The position numbers were made by a program, and so were the translations under genes. A stretch of DNA of 64,000 bases from positions 372,001-436,000 of the forward strand of contig OX597819.1 in NCBI GenBank assembly GCA_951406725.2, given 5' to 3'. This document shows, in pieces, positions 1 through 10,979 of the stretch. This DNA comes from Octopus vulgaris (taxonomy: Eukaryota). Position 1 is the stretch's first letter. Every line of letters begins with the position of its first letter. The notes below the pieces were generated by a model. The model ran no database searches, was not told the DNA's origin, and worked only from the letters and a program-made list of their open reading frames with translations.

Positions 1-219
1 AAGGCGGCGAGCTGGCAGAAACGTTAGCACGCCGGGCGAAATGCGTAGCCATATTTCGTCTGCCATTACATTCCAAGTTCAAATTCCGCCGAGGTCAACT
101 TTGCCTTTCATCCTTCCAGGGTCGATAAATTAAGTACCAGTTACGCACTGGGGTCGATGTAATCGACTTAATCCGTTTGTCTCCTCTGTGTTTAGCCCCT
201 TGTGGGTAGTAAAGAAATA
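1..219 (+). mobile_element. tRNA-derived SINE (family 1)
   Basis: A-box-like AGCTGGCAGAA, B-box AGTTCAAATTCC and conserved body GCCTTTCATCCTT..GGGTCGATAAATTAAGTACCAG; homologous copies at 33610-34230, 54350-54570 and 55470-55720. Confidence 0.8.
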
Positions 220-446
220 TATATATACACACACACATACATACACGTGTGTATGCACACACACACACATAGATACCTGCTCTGCATGTCAAGTAAAAAT
301 ATATCTGAAAAAGGCATAACCATGACTCTATGGTCAACAAGTTCACTATGCAACTACACGGTTTTAGCAAATGCCTTCTAATACAGCCCCACACCAACAT
401 TGAGAGTGAATTTGGTAGATAGGAGCTACATGGAAACCTACCATAT

Positions 447-565
447 AGGTGCAGATGTGGCTGTGTTGTAAGAAGATTGTTTCCCGGCTACGTGCTTTCC
501 TATTCAGTCCACTGCATGGCACCTTGGGCAAGTGTCTTCTACTATAGTCTCAGGCTGACTAAATG
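447..565 (+). mobile_element. CORE-like tRNA-SINE fragment (family 2)
   Basis: TTCAGTCCACTGCATGGCACCTTGGGCAAGTGTCTTCTACTATAG matches the copies at 14133 and 37757. Confidence 0.7.
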
Positions 566-1199
566 TTTTCTCTTATTGTTCCTATCGTGGGAATATTATA
601 TATTTCCCATACTTTTGTATGTTAAATGCATTTTCAAAATGTAGTTATTTCATTGATTTTTAATAGACTTATTGCGTCATATATTAAAAAAATTTAATTT
701 AAATTATGAGGTAAATCTACCATTTAGTAATACAATAATAAAATAAAATGAATAAAATAAGTACTTTCTGGGAATTTAATAATTCATTTAAGAACTGACT
801 ATTACTACCTAGATTAATATGTTTACAGTAGAAGTAAGCTTTTGTTAAACCAAGTCTATAAGCTAATTCTATTTCACTAAATTTGCCTTGCTAAAATTTA
901 CATGTGAATTTTACAAACATCCCTAATGATCTAATGTAGGTGTTTCTATAGAGTCATTCAAACTGCTAGAAATACCAAAGAAATCTTCAGATCGCACCCA
1001 ACCATCATTAAAACAAAGGTGGCACAGTTTCTCTAAAACTACATTATCCATTGTCTGAAATTAGAACACAGAACTTTAATGAAAATATCGTTTTTTAATT
1101 GAATGTCTGTGTAAATTGATGTGAAACAGTCTTGTGGAATCAATGAGTCGGGTTTTAAATCACAAAATAATGTAAGAATCTGTCATGCATCATCTAAAT

Positions 1200-1519
1200 C
1201 AGTGGTTCTCAACCAGATCCATATGACCCCAGGGGCTCCATATAAGATTTTGGGAATCTACACAAGTAAAATTAGGAATCCACAGTGAAATACTTCTGTC
1301 CATGGGAAAATAATTTTGCTTTAGATTTATCTATTGTAAAGAGCAGCTAGATTTCTTTCTCAAATATGTTACATAGTTCAATCTACACAAGTCAATGTGT
1401 GGAAAAAGAAATAGGAATTTTAGAAGTATTTATAACACTAGTTCTTAAACATAAAAAGGCTGTGGGGCTCCATCATAGTAAAACTGTCTATAGGTAAAAA
1501 AAATGGTTGAGAACCATTG
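1200..1519. mobile_element. hAT (Charlie-type) MITE
   Basis: TIRs CAGTGGTTCTCAACC / GGTTGAGAACCATTG; 8-bp TSD ATCTAAAT (1192-1199) / ATCTAAGT (1520-1527). Confidence 0.85.
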
Positions 1520-1611
1520 ATCTAAGTAATTTTTTTCTTCCTAAGTTGATTTTAAAATAGAAAAAGAAAAATCATTTGATTAATTTAAACTTATCTTTTA
1601 CTAAATGTGAA

Positions 1612-1850
1612 AGTGTGTGGCTTAGTGGCTAGGGTGTTGCATTCAGAATTGCAAGGTCATTGTTTCAATTCCTAGTCTAAGCAGTGCATTGCGTTCTTAA
1701 GCAAAACACTTCATTTTACATTGCTTCAGTCCACTCAGCTGTAAATGAGTAAATCTGAAATGGACTTGCATCCTGTTCAAGAGGAATGTTGTGATCTTGG
1801 TTACTTACATGGCATGGAAACTGGGTAACTGGGTCTATGAGCCATAGCAC
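1612..1850 (+). mobile_element. CORE-like tRNA-SINE, diverged (family 3)
   Basis: A-box TGGCTTAGTGG, B-box-like GTTTCAATTCC and core CAGTCCACTCAGCTGTAAATGAGT shared with 62472-62790. Confidence 0.7.
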
Positions 1851-2062
1851 TTGAGACAGTTATCTGTCTCAAGTAATCTTGAGACAGTAATAATTACATT
1901 TTGACTATTGGAATTCCCTATGATCTTGTCTTCATCCTTATACATTTACCATAGAATAATTGTTTTTAAATGTTGATTTGGTGTGTGATTATATGATAAT
2001 TTGTAAACTTAAAAAAAAAAACGAGATGACAAAAGAATAAACAATTTTTTTATGAACTTATT

Positions 2063-2143
2063 AGCTTACAGCTGTTTCTGCTATAAGATGCAGTGTGCTC
2101 AGAGCTGAGCTCCTGAGTAACACCTTACAGCTTCACCAGAGTC
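2063..2143 (-). ncRNA. Degenerate type I minimal hammerhead ribozyme
   Basis: Minus strand reads GACT-CTGGTGA-A-GCTGTAAG...CTTATAGC-A-GAAA-CAGCTG-TA-AGCT: one core mutation (CUGA to CUGG), 8-bp stem II, palindromic stem III, weak stem I. Confidence 0.55.
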
Positions 2144-2230
2144 TCAAACATGAAGTGTTGTAAACTTATAAAGAATGTATTTGCTCATTAGTGTTTTGTT
2201 TCTACATATTGGTGTTTAATCATGTTACAG

Positions 2231-2325
2231 TCAAAATCAAATGGAGCATCTTACCCTCAGTCAAGTCGGCTTTCCAATGAAATAAAATCTGAGTTGACAT
2301 CAATTAAAGGTATTCTTCTAAGCAG
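2231..2325 (+). CDS. PEX14: Peroxisomal membrane protein PEX14, penultimate coding exon
   Basis: ttacag acceptor and AG|gtaagc donor; translates SKSNGASYPQSSRLSNEIKSELTSIKGILLS(R), matching the PEX14 motif [20 protein letters not shown]; phase 2 joins exactly to the exon at 30238. Confidence 0.9.
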
Positions 2326-2687
2326 GTAAGCCATACGATTTGATGATACTTCTGTATTTTGTCTGCATTTCAGGTTTGTGATAGTTGTTTCTTAGAAATA
2401 TGAATCTCTGCCATGGCTATAGATTCCTGTACTTAAAGGTTTATTATCATCATCATCATCATCATCATCATGATTTAATGTCCACTCTTCCATGCTTTCA
2501 TGGGTCAGATGGAATTTGTTGAGACAGATTTCCCACAGCCAGATGCCCTCCATCTCATCAACCCTCACCTTTTACTTGCATGGTAATATTTCTCGAGATC
2601 AGACATTATTTACAAGCATCACATGATGTGAAGACAAGGGTACACACACACACACACACACACATAATGGGCTTCTTTCAGTTTCCA

Positions 2688-4220
2688 TCATCATTATCAT
2701 CTCTTCATTTAATGTCTGTTTTCCATGCTGGCATGGGTTGGATGGTTTGACTGAAAACTGGTAAGCTGGGGAGCTGCACCAGGTTCCAGTCTGATTCGGC
2801 ATAGTTTCTATGGCTGGATGCTCTTCCTAACACCAACCACTCCAAGAGTATAGTGGGTGCTTTTTACGTGGCACTGGCATGGGTGCCAGTTATGCAGCAC
2901 CAGCATTGGCCATGACTACAATCTTACTTGGCTTGACAGGCCTATTGCCAAGAGTCTTGACTACTCTATGAGGCCCAAAGTTTGAACAGTGCTTTTTACA
3001 TGACACTGGTATCAGCCACGACTACAATTTCACTTGGTTTGACAGGACTTCTCAAGCACAGCATATCGCTCACCATTTGAGGGTGCTTTTTACATGCCAG
3101 TTACATGACGCTGGCATCGACCACGACTATGATTTCACTTGACTTGATGAGTCTTCTCAAGCACAGCATATCGCCAAAGGTCTTGGTCACTTGTCATTGC
3201 CTCCGTGAAGTCCAATGTCTGAAGATCAGGCTTCACCATCTTGTCCCATATCTGCCTGGGTCTACCTTTTCCACAGGTTCCCTCCACTGTTAGAGTTCAG
3301 CACTTCTTCATACAACTGTCCACATGACCATACCAGCACAGTCATCTCTTTTGCACACCACATCTAATGCCTCTTATTCCCAACTTTTCTCTCAAGACAC
3401 TTACACTCTGTCGTACATGCACACTGATATTACCCATCAAGTGGAGCATGCTAACTTAATTTCACAGCCCATGTTTCACTGCTGTGTTGCATGGCTGTTC
3501 GTACACAAGCATCATACAATCTACCTTCTTCTCTGTGAGAGAGGCACTTTGTTACCAAAACAGGTAGGAGCTCTCTGAACTTTGCTCAGCCTATTCTTAT
3601 TTTAGTAGCAATGCTCTTGGAGCATCCACCCCAACTATTGACTTGGTCACCTAGGTAACAGAAGCTATCAACTACTTCTAGTTTACCCCCTGGCATTTGA
3701 TGGAGTCTACTTTCTGTGTTAATTGTACCTGTTCACCTTCTATACAAAATACTATTATCCCTGTTAACCTTCCTCTGATATTGCTGCACCTCTTATATGT
3801 CCATAGTTTATATCGAGTACATCTTATGGAGTCCTACCTACACCTTTACTACAGATTGGGCAGGGTCATCAACCTGAAGGGATTTATGATTTGTTTGCTC
3901 TTTTACTTACTAAGACTTTGGCTTTTGCTAGATTAACTCTAAGGCCTTTTGATTCTAGACCTTGCTTCCACATCTAAAATTTCTTCTCTCATTCTGGTAG
4001 TGATTCGGCTATAAGAACAAGTTCATCAGCATAGAGGAGTCCCTCTGCTATTGCCTGGAGGACTATGATGAGGACTGATCCATGGTGAACCCTTACTTGT
4101 ACCCTAAATTCATCGCTATATTCATAGCTAATCTTCACCTTACTGACAGCATCCCTGTACACAATTTGTACAGCTATCTAGCTTCTATATTGACCACCCA
4201 ATATGCCTTTAGAGGTATTA
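2688..4220 (-). mobile_element. Old degraded RTE-clade LINE copy (same lineage as 4969-6767)
   Basis: Homologous to the RT C-terminus of 5820-6767 with stops and indels; degenerate GTGCTTTTTAC units at about 2857, 2989 and 3083; (GAT)n-like tail. Confidence 0.8.
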
Positions 4221-4279
4221 GGATATATATATATATATTACCAGTGCCGGTGGCACATAAGAGAACCATCTGAACGTGG

Positions 4280-4529
4280 CCGTTGCCAGTGCCGCCCCGA
4301 CTGGCCTCCATGCCGGTGGCACGTAAAAAGCACCATCTGATCGTGGCACGTAAAAAGCATCCACTACACTCACGGAGTGGTTGGCGTTAGGAAGGGCATC
4401 CAGCTGTAGAAACATTGCCCGATCAGGCTGGGCCCGGTGCAGCCTTCTGGCTTCCCAGACCCCAGTTGAACCGTCCAACCCATGCTAGCATGGAAAGCGG
4501 ACGCTAAACGATGATGATGATGATGATGA
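4280..4529 (+). mobile_element. 3' end-only copy of the RTE LINE, inserted in a TA run
   Basis: GTGCCGGTGGCACGTAAAAAGCACC units, GGTTGGCGTTAGGAAGGGCATCCAGCTGTAGAAAC and (GAT)n tail; TA repeats on both flanks. Confidence 0.85.
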
Positions 4530-4584
4530 TATATATACACATTAGGAATGTGTCATGAATAAATATTCAGAGTAAACAATAGGC

Positions 4585-4930
4585 ATTAATGAAGTGGAAA
4601 AGTTTAAGGATCTCAAGATGGTACTCACGAGTGATGAGAGGCAGGAAGCAGAATTGGATGCTAGAATTGCAGGTACTAGGATTGAAAGGTCACAGCTTCG
4701 ATGCTATGGACGTGTGATTGGAATGTCACAGGAAAGTATTACATGACAGTTTTTAAGACAGACCAACTAGTAGGAGACCTAGGGGTAGATCAAGAATGAG
4801 CTGTTTGGATAATATCCATAGTCTCAGTTCGTTGTGCTTGGGAATCCAACTGGAAAGTCCAATGGTAGTTGCTTCTGATAAGACCCTATGGAAGAGCTGT
4901 CAGAAGACTCTACCCTTACAACCCTCCTAG
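4585..4930 (+). pseudogene. Degraded C-terminal RT fragment of another RTE (Rex3/Expander-like) LINE
   Basis: INEVEKFKDL..LTSDERQEAELDARI, QLRCYGRV and an RPRGRSR-like motif, interrupted by stops. Confidence 0.55.
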
Positions 4931-5257
4931 GAACAGTGGGTAGAACAAAAACATTATTATAACTGAAACATCATCATCATCATCATCGTTTAGCGTCCGC
5001 TTTCCATGCTAGCATGGGTTGGACGGGTCAACTGGGGTCTGTGAAGCTAGAAGGCTTCGTCAGGCCCAGTCAGATCTGGCAGTGTTTCTACGGCTGGATG
5101 CCCTTGACAAAAAGTATTTCAAAGTTATTGTCCTGGGGGGATCAGAGAACCAGGGCTTGCTTGTACTGGATGCATTTTATTGCAGTGCTACCACTAGCCT
5201 TGTTCCTTGCAAGAATCTGTTCTACTCTACATTGTTTCTATTCTTTCAAGGAAATTC

Positions 5258-5771
5258 AGCTGGCAACCGGCCACGAACGGACGGTGCTTTTACGTGTCAC
5301 CGGCACGGGGGCCAGCCGACGCTGGCAACGGACGCGAACGGATGGTGCTTTTACGTGCCACCGACACGGTTGCCAGACAGAGCTGGCAAACGGCCACGAG
5401 CGGACGGTGCTTTTACGTGTCACCGGCACGTGGGTCAGCCGAGGCTGGCAACGGACACGGACGGATGGCGCTTTTATGTGCCACCGACACGGGGCCAGAC
5501 AGAGCTGGCAAACGGCCACGAACAGATGGTGCTTTTACGTGCCACCGACACGGGGCCAGACAGAGCTGGCAAACGGCCACGAACGGACGGTGCTTTTATG
5601 TGTCACCGGCACGGGGCCAGGCGAGGCTGGCAACGAACACGAACGGATGGTGCTTTTACGTGCCACCGACACGGGGCCAGGCAGAGCTGGCAAACGGCCA
5701 TGAGCGAATGGTGCTTTTACGTATCACCGGCACGGGTGCCAGACGAGGCTGACAGCGGACACGAACGGATG
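5258..5771. repeat. Tandem array of ~61-bp GC-rich double-hairpin units in the LINE 3' UTR
   Basis: GGTGCTTTTA anchors at 5283, 5344, 5406, 5467, 5528, 5589, 5649 and 5710; each unit has CGTG(C/T)C-ACC-G(G/A)CACG and GCCAG-N6-CTGGC stems. Confidence 0.95.
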
Positions 5772-5819
5772 GGTCACTTAACCCCTGCTTTCTGATATAT
5801 GATTTGATTTTGATTGTTC

Positions 5820-6767
5820 TCACTGGTCTTGCCGGGTCTTCTCACGCACAGCATACTTCCATAGGTCTCGGTCTCTGGTCATTTCCTTGGTGAGACCTAG
5901 AGTTTGTAGGTCGTGCTTCACCACCTCGACCCAGGTTTTCCTGGGTCTACCTCTTCCACAGGTCCCCTCAACTGCCAGGGTGTGGCACTTTTTCACACAC
6001 CTATCTTCATCCATTCTCACCACATGACCATACCAGCGCAATTGTCTCTCTTGCACACAACATCTGATTCCTCTTAGGTCCAACTTTTCTCTCAAGGTAC
6101 TTACACTCTGTCGACTATGAACACTGACATTACACATCCAACGGAGCATACTAGCTTCATTTCTCGCGAGCTTACGCATGTCCTCAGCAGTCACGGCCCA
6201 TGTTTCACTGCCATGTAGCATGGCTGTTCGTACACATGCATCATACAGTCTGCCTTTTACTCTGAGTGAGAGGCCTTTAGTCACCAACAGAGGTAAGAGC
6301 TCCCTAAACTTTGCCCAGGCTATTCTTACTCTAGCCGTTACACTTTCAGCACACCCACCCCCACTACTGACTTGGTCACCAAGATAACGGAAGCTATCAA
6401 CTACTTCTAGTTTTTTCCCCTGGAAAGTGACGGAAGTTGTTTTCTGCAGATTTTCAGAGGTTAATGCTCCCGAGCATCTGCCACATACAAAAACCATCTT
6501 CCTAGTTAGCCTTCCTATGACATTGCTGCACCTCTTATGTGTCCATAGCTTACACTTGGTGCATCTTATAGAGTTTCTACCTACACCTTTTCTACAGATC
6601 GAGCAGGGCCATCTACCTGAAGGCGTTTGTGATTTGTCTACCTTCCTACTTATTAGGACTTTGGTTTTAGCTAGGTTGACTCTAAGGCCCTTCGATTCTA
6701 AACCATGCTTCCACACCTGAAACTTCTTCTCCAGTTCTGATAATGACTCAGCAATTAGAGCAAGGTC
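5820..6767 (-). CDS. RTE ORF2 C-terminal part (RT thumb region with inserted PHD finger), truncated within the YADD motif
   Basis: Open frame beginning DLALIAES; C4HC3 motif CSIC..CTKC....H..C..CGRC; the listed N-terminal MYIYIY is microsatellite. Confidence 0.85.
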   Translation of the reverse strand, partial: DLALIAESLSELEKKFQVWKHGLESKGLRVNLAKTKVLISRKVDKSQTPSGRWPCSICRKGVGRNSIRCTKCKLWTHKRCSNVIGRLTRKMVFVCGRCSGALTSENLQKTTSVTFQGKKLEVVDSFRYLGDQVSSGGGCAESVTARVRIAWAKFRELLPLLVTKGLSLRVKGRLYDACVRTAMLHGSETWAVTAEDMRKLARNEASMLRWMCNVSVHSRQSVSTLREKLDLRGIRCCVQERQLRWYGHVVRMDEDRCVKKCHTLAVEGTCGRGRPRKTWVEVVKHDLQTLGLTKEMTRDRDLWKYAVREKTRQDQ

Positions 6768-7000
6768 GTATATATATATATACATGTATATATATATACA
6801 TGTATATATATATATACATGTATATATATATATATGTATACATGTATATATATATATGTATATATATATACATGTATATATGTATATATATATATATATA
6901 TATACATGTATATATATATATAAATATACATGTATATATATTTATATAAATATACATGTATATATATATATATATAAATATACATGTATATATATATATA
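6768..7000. repeat. (TA)n microsatellite with periodic CATG interruptions
   Basis: Repeated TACATGTA(TA)n units. Confidence 0.95.
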
Positions 7001-7075
7001 TTGTTATATTTCGGAATGGTCATATTGCCAGTTTAGCCAATAAAAAATCTTGCACAACAAATATTTAAACGTATA

Positions 7076-10072
7076 TCATCATCATCATCATCATCGTTTA
7101 GCGTCCGTTTTCCATGCTAGCATGGGTTGGACGGTTCTACTGGGGTCTGTGAAGCCAGAAGGCTTCATCAGGCCCAGTCAAATCTGGCAGTGTTTCTACG
7201 GCTGGATGCCCTTCCTAACGCCAACCACTCCGTGAGTGTAGTGGGTGCTTTTTACGTGCCACCCGCACTGGTGCCAGACAGAGCTGGCAAACGGCCACGA
7301 ACGGATGGTGCATTTTATGTGCCACCGGCACGAGGGCCAGGCGAGGCTGGCAACGGACACGAAACGGGGAGGTGCTGGCAACGGTCGCGAAACGGAAAGT
7401 TCTCTTACATGCCAGTTCTCTATAGCTACTGAATTTGTGAGTATATAAACACATCTGCAATTTCCATTGATCGATTTCGATTCTGATCCTCACTTGCCTC
7501 AACGGGTCTTCACAAGCAGAGTTTTGACATGCCACCGGCACTGGTAGCACATCCGCAATTTCCATTGATCGATTTCGATTCTGATCCTCACTTGCCTCAA
7601 CACGTCTTCACAAGTAGAGTTTTGTGTCCCAAGAAGGGAAGGTATGCATACGTAGGCCGGCTCCATCCCATGTAGAAGGCCACGGGTTATGGACTCACTT
7701 GTCCTGCCGGGTCTTCTCGCGCACAGCACACTTCCAGAGGTCTCGGTCTCTAGTCATTTCCTCAGTGAGACCTAAAGTTCGAAGGTCGTGCTTCACCACC
7801 TCGTCCCAGGTTTTCCTGGGTCTGCCTCTTCCACAGGTTCCCTCAACCGCTAGGGTGTGGCACTTTTTCACACAACTATCTTCATCCATTCTCGCCACAT
7901 GACCATACCAGCGCAAACGTCTCTCTTGCACACCACAACTGATGCTTCTTAGGTCCAGCTTTTTCTCTCAAGGTACTTACACTCTGCCGAGTGTGAGTAC
8001 CGGCATTACACATCCATCGGAGCATACTGGCTTCATTTTTAGCGAGCTTACGCATATCCTCAGCAGTCACGGCCCATGTTTCACTGCCATGTAGCATGGC
8101 TGTTCGTACACACGCATCATACAGTCTGCCTTTCACTCTGTGCGAGAGGCCTTTTGTCACCAGCAGAGGTAAGAGCTCTCTGAACTTTGCCCAAGCTATT
8201 CTTACTCTAGCAGTTACACTTTCAGCACACCCGCCCCCGCTGCTGACTTGGTCACCTAGGTAACGGAAACTATCAACTATTTCTAGTTTTTCTCCCTGGA
8301 AAGTGACGGAAGTTGGTCTCAGAGCATTTTCAGTGTTTATTGTTCCTGAGCATCTGCCACATACAAAAAAAAACCATCTTCCTAGTTAGCCTTCCTATGA
8401 CATTGCTGCACCTCTTATGTGTCCATAGCTTACACTTGGTGCATCTTATAGAGTTTCTACCTACACCTTTTCTACAGATCGAGCAGGGCCATCTACCTGA
8501 AGGTGTTTGTGATTTGTCTACCTTCCTACTGATTACGACTTTGGTTTTAGCTAGATTGACTCTGAGGCCCTTCGATTCTAAACCATGCTTCCACACCTGA
8601 AACTTCTTCTCCAGTTCTGATAGCGACTCAGCAATTAGAGCAAGGTCATCAGCATAGAGGAGCTCCCAAGGGCATCCTGTCTTGAATTCCTCCGTTATTG
8701 CCTGGAGGACTATGATAAATAGGAGGGGGCTGAGTACTGAGCCTTGGTGGACTCCTACCTCTACCCGGAATTCTTCACTGTACACATTTCCAACCCTCAC
8801 CCTACTAGCGGCGTCCCTATACATGGCCCGCACAGCTCTCACTAACCATTCATCTATCCCTAGTTTCCTCATTGCCCACCAGATAAGGGATCGGGGGACC
8901 CTGTCGAAGGCTTTCTCCATGTCAACAAAAGCCAGGTACAGGGGCTTATCTTTGGCTAGGTATTTCTCCTGCAGCTGCCTTACCAGGAATATAGCATCAG
9001 TAGTACTTTTCCCTGGCACAAACCCAAACTGCATCTCATCTAAACTAACTCTCTCTCTAATTAGTTGGGCTATGACCCTCTCCGTAACCTTCATCACCTG
9101 GTCCAACAGCTTGATACCTCTGTAGTTATTTGTATCTAGGGCATCACCTTTACCTTTGTAGCAGTTGACTATTATACTGCTACACCAGTCATTGGGTATG
9201 ACCCCTTTGTGTATCACCTGATTAACTATACGGGTGACTAGGCTATAGCCGACACTACCAGACATTTTGAGCATCTCTGCAGTGATTCCTGATGGGCCTG
9301 GGGCTTTCCCTGTCTTCATGCTTCTAATTGCCTTAGCTACCACGGAACTATCAACTCGGATAGCTGGTCCCTCTGTTGGGTCAACATTCGGCAGACTCTC
9401 TTTATCCCATTCATTTTCTTCATTCAGCAACCTTTCATAGTGGCATCTCCAAACCTCTCTCTTTGCATCCTCATTTAGCGCAAGTGAACCATCTTCCATG
9501 CGAACACACTTCTCTCCTACCACATCACGATTCTCTCTCACACACTGTCTTGCAACACGAAACACCTCCAGTCTTTGGTCCTCACGGCGCAGAACATTGG
9601 CAAATTTTTTTCTTATCTGCTTCCCCTCTGGCTAAATAAACCTGTCTCCTAGCTTCTCTTCTGGCAGTCTGATACAATCCCCTGCTACCCCAATTTTTCC
9701 AGACCTTCCAAGCCTGTCTCTTTTCTCTAATAGCCCTGTCTACAATATTGTTCCACCACCACGTTATTCTAGGTCGAGAGGGGACTTTGCACCAGCCACA
9801 GATCTGGTCAGTGGCTCTCAGCAGGTTGTCCCTTAGAAACGTCCAGCTGTCTTCTACCCCCTGTGATGCTCTATCCCCTTCTACTTCGTCAGAGGCTTCA
9901 AGTAATATGTCCCTAAATCTCTGTCCATTTGCAGGATCTTTATGCTTCCAGATCCTTCTTCTCCATATTTGTCGTCTTCTGGTTGTCCTCCTAGTCCTGA
10001 TCCTAAAGTCACTAACTACCAGTCTATGTTGTGGGGTACATTCTTCACCTGGGAAGGTTTTGGCATTTATAA

Positions 10073-10075
<3 letters not shown>
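7076..10075 (-). mobile_element. 5'-truncated RTE-clade LINE, short-array subfamily
   Basis: Frameshifted ORF2 pieces (9582-10075, 8330-9565, 7882-8160, 7695-7931); 3' UTR with 2 array units and an internal ~75-bp duplication; (GAT)n tail; TA flanks. Confidence 0.92.
7695..10075 (-). pseudogene. RTE ORF2 (end of APE endonuclease, RT and PHD insertion), frameshifted
   Basis: PQHRLV (APE end), [38 protein letters not shown] and YADD motifs; frameshifts in homopolymer runs. Confidence 0.92.
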
Positions 10076-10113
<38 letters not shown>

Positions 10114-10147
10114 CATGTATGTATATATGTATATATATATATATATA

Positions 10148-10251
10148 CAGTTCATAAAATGGGCAAACGAAAAAATTTCTAATGCCAAATATGCATTTCG
10201 GGATTTGAACTCACAACCTCACAATCATAAGCTCAATGCTCTAACCACTGA
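10148..10251 (-). mobile_element. tRNA-like SINE head fused to a 47-bp segment inverted-repeated at 10680-10727
   Basis: Minus strand CAGTGGTTAGAGCATTGAGCTTATGATTGTGAGGTTGTGAGTTCAAATCCCG followed by GCATATTTGGCATTAGAAATTTTTTCGTTTGCCC. Confidence 0.65.
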
Positions 10252-10866
10252 CATATATATATATATATACATACATATATATTGGTAAAAACGGTAAGAT
10301 AACAAAAGAAAGAAAGAGACCTCAATATTATGTAAATTTTTTTCGATAAAAATTTAATCCTAAATTAGATATAAATTTAAGCGTTTACTTCCAGACTCTC
10401 TCACTCTGTGAGAGCCTCAGTTCAAATTGCATTTGTCTCGAATGGTCTGGAGTATTTCTATTTTGGATGTATTTGGGGTACTTAGTTGTGCTCATGACTT
10501 AGTGTATACTTCTTCCATAGGTATGAGTAGGTATCTCATTTATTTCTTTTGCCACATGTATCTCTGACAAAGGGAGGGCTGTTACGAGCTAAGCCTGAAA
10601 TTTCTGTCGACCTTTTTTCGAGTAGCGGGCATATTGTGAAAAAATTATATGGTTAATGGACAATATGTCCAATTTTTCGGCATATTTGGCATTAGAAATT
10701 TTTTCGTTTGCCCTTTTTATGAATTGTTTATAAATTTAACCTTTTAAAAACGGTATTTTTTAATATGCTGGTCATTGATAAAATTTTTTTCGAAAAAAAA
10801 TTTTATCCTACATTAGATATATATATATATACATGTATATGCATACTTATATATATAAGAATTTTT

Positions 10867-10979
10867 TGCGTAAGGAGATAAACAAAACCAAGGCTGTGTA
10901 GATATTAGAACATTTATAGACCTTCTATCTATAATTGTTCTAATATCTACACAGCCTTGGTTCTTTATCTCATTACGCA
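10867..10979. repeat. ~110-bp imperfect palindrome
   Basis: TGCGTAAGGAGATAAAC..AACCAAGGCTGTGTAGATATTAGAACA pairs with TGTTCTAATATCTACACAGCCTTGGTT..TTTATCTCATTACGCA. Confidence 0.85.

Larger units (their letters stand above)
4969..6767 (-). mobile_element. 5'-truncated RTE-clade LINE, long-array subfamily
   Basis: RT C-terminal ORF ([23 protein letters not shown]), about 850-bp 3' UTR containing a tandem array, (GAT)n tail at 4969-4987; 5' end abuts a TA microsatellite. Confidence 0.92.

Noticed and set aside
5258-5771. CRISPR array interpretation of the ~61-bp repeats (also 14978-15611)
   Set aside because: The variable parts are short recurring variants, not unique spacers; there are no cas genes; the array is part of a eukaryotic LINE 3' UTR.
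5014-5795. Three overlapping + strand ORFs (also 14979-15633)
   Set aside because: A stop-free GC-rich repeat whose unit length is mostly not a multiple of 3 opens all frames; they are antisense to the LINE and have no domain features.
8682-9125. Antisense ORFs over LINE coding regions (also 6178-6720, 21874-22948, 44243-45965)
   Set aside because: Shadow ORFs of RT coding sequence.
10561-10612. HHR-like CTGACAA..GAAA as a stand-alone feature
   Set aside because: Core mutated and stems I and III not convincing; kept only as weak context in a finding.
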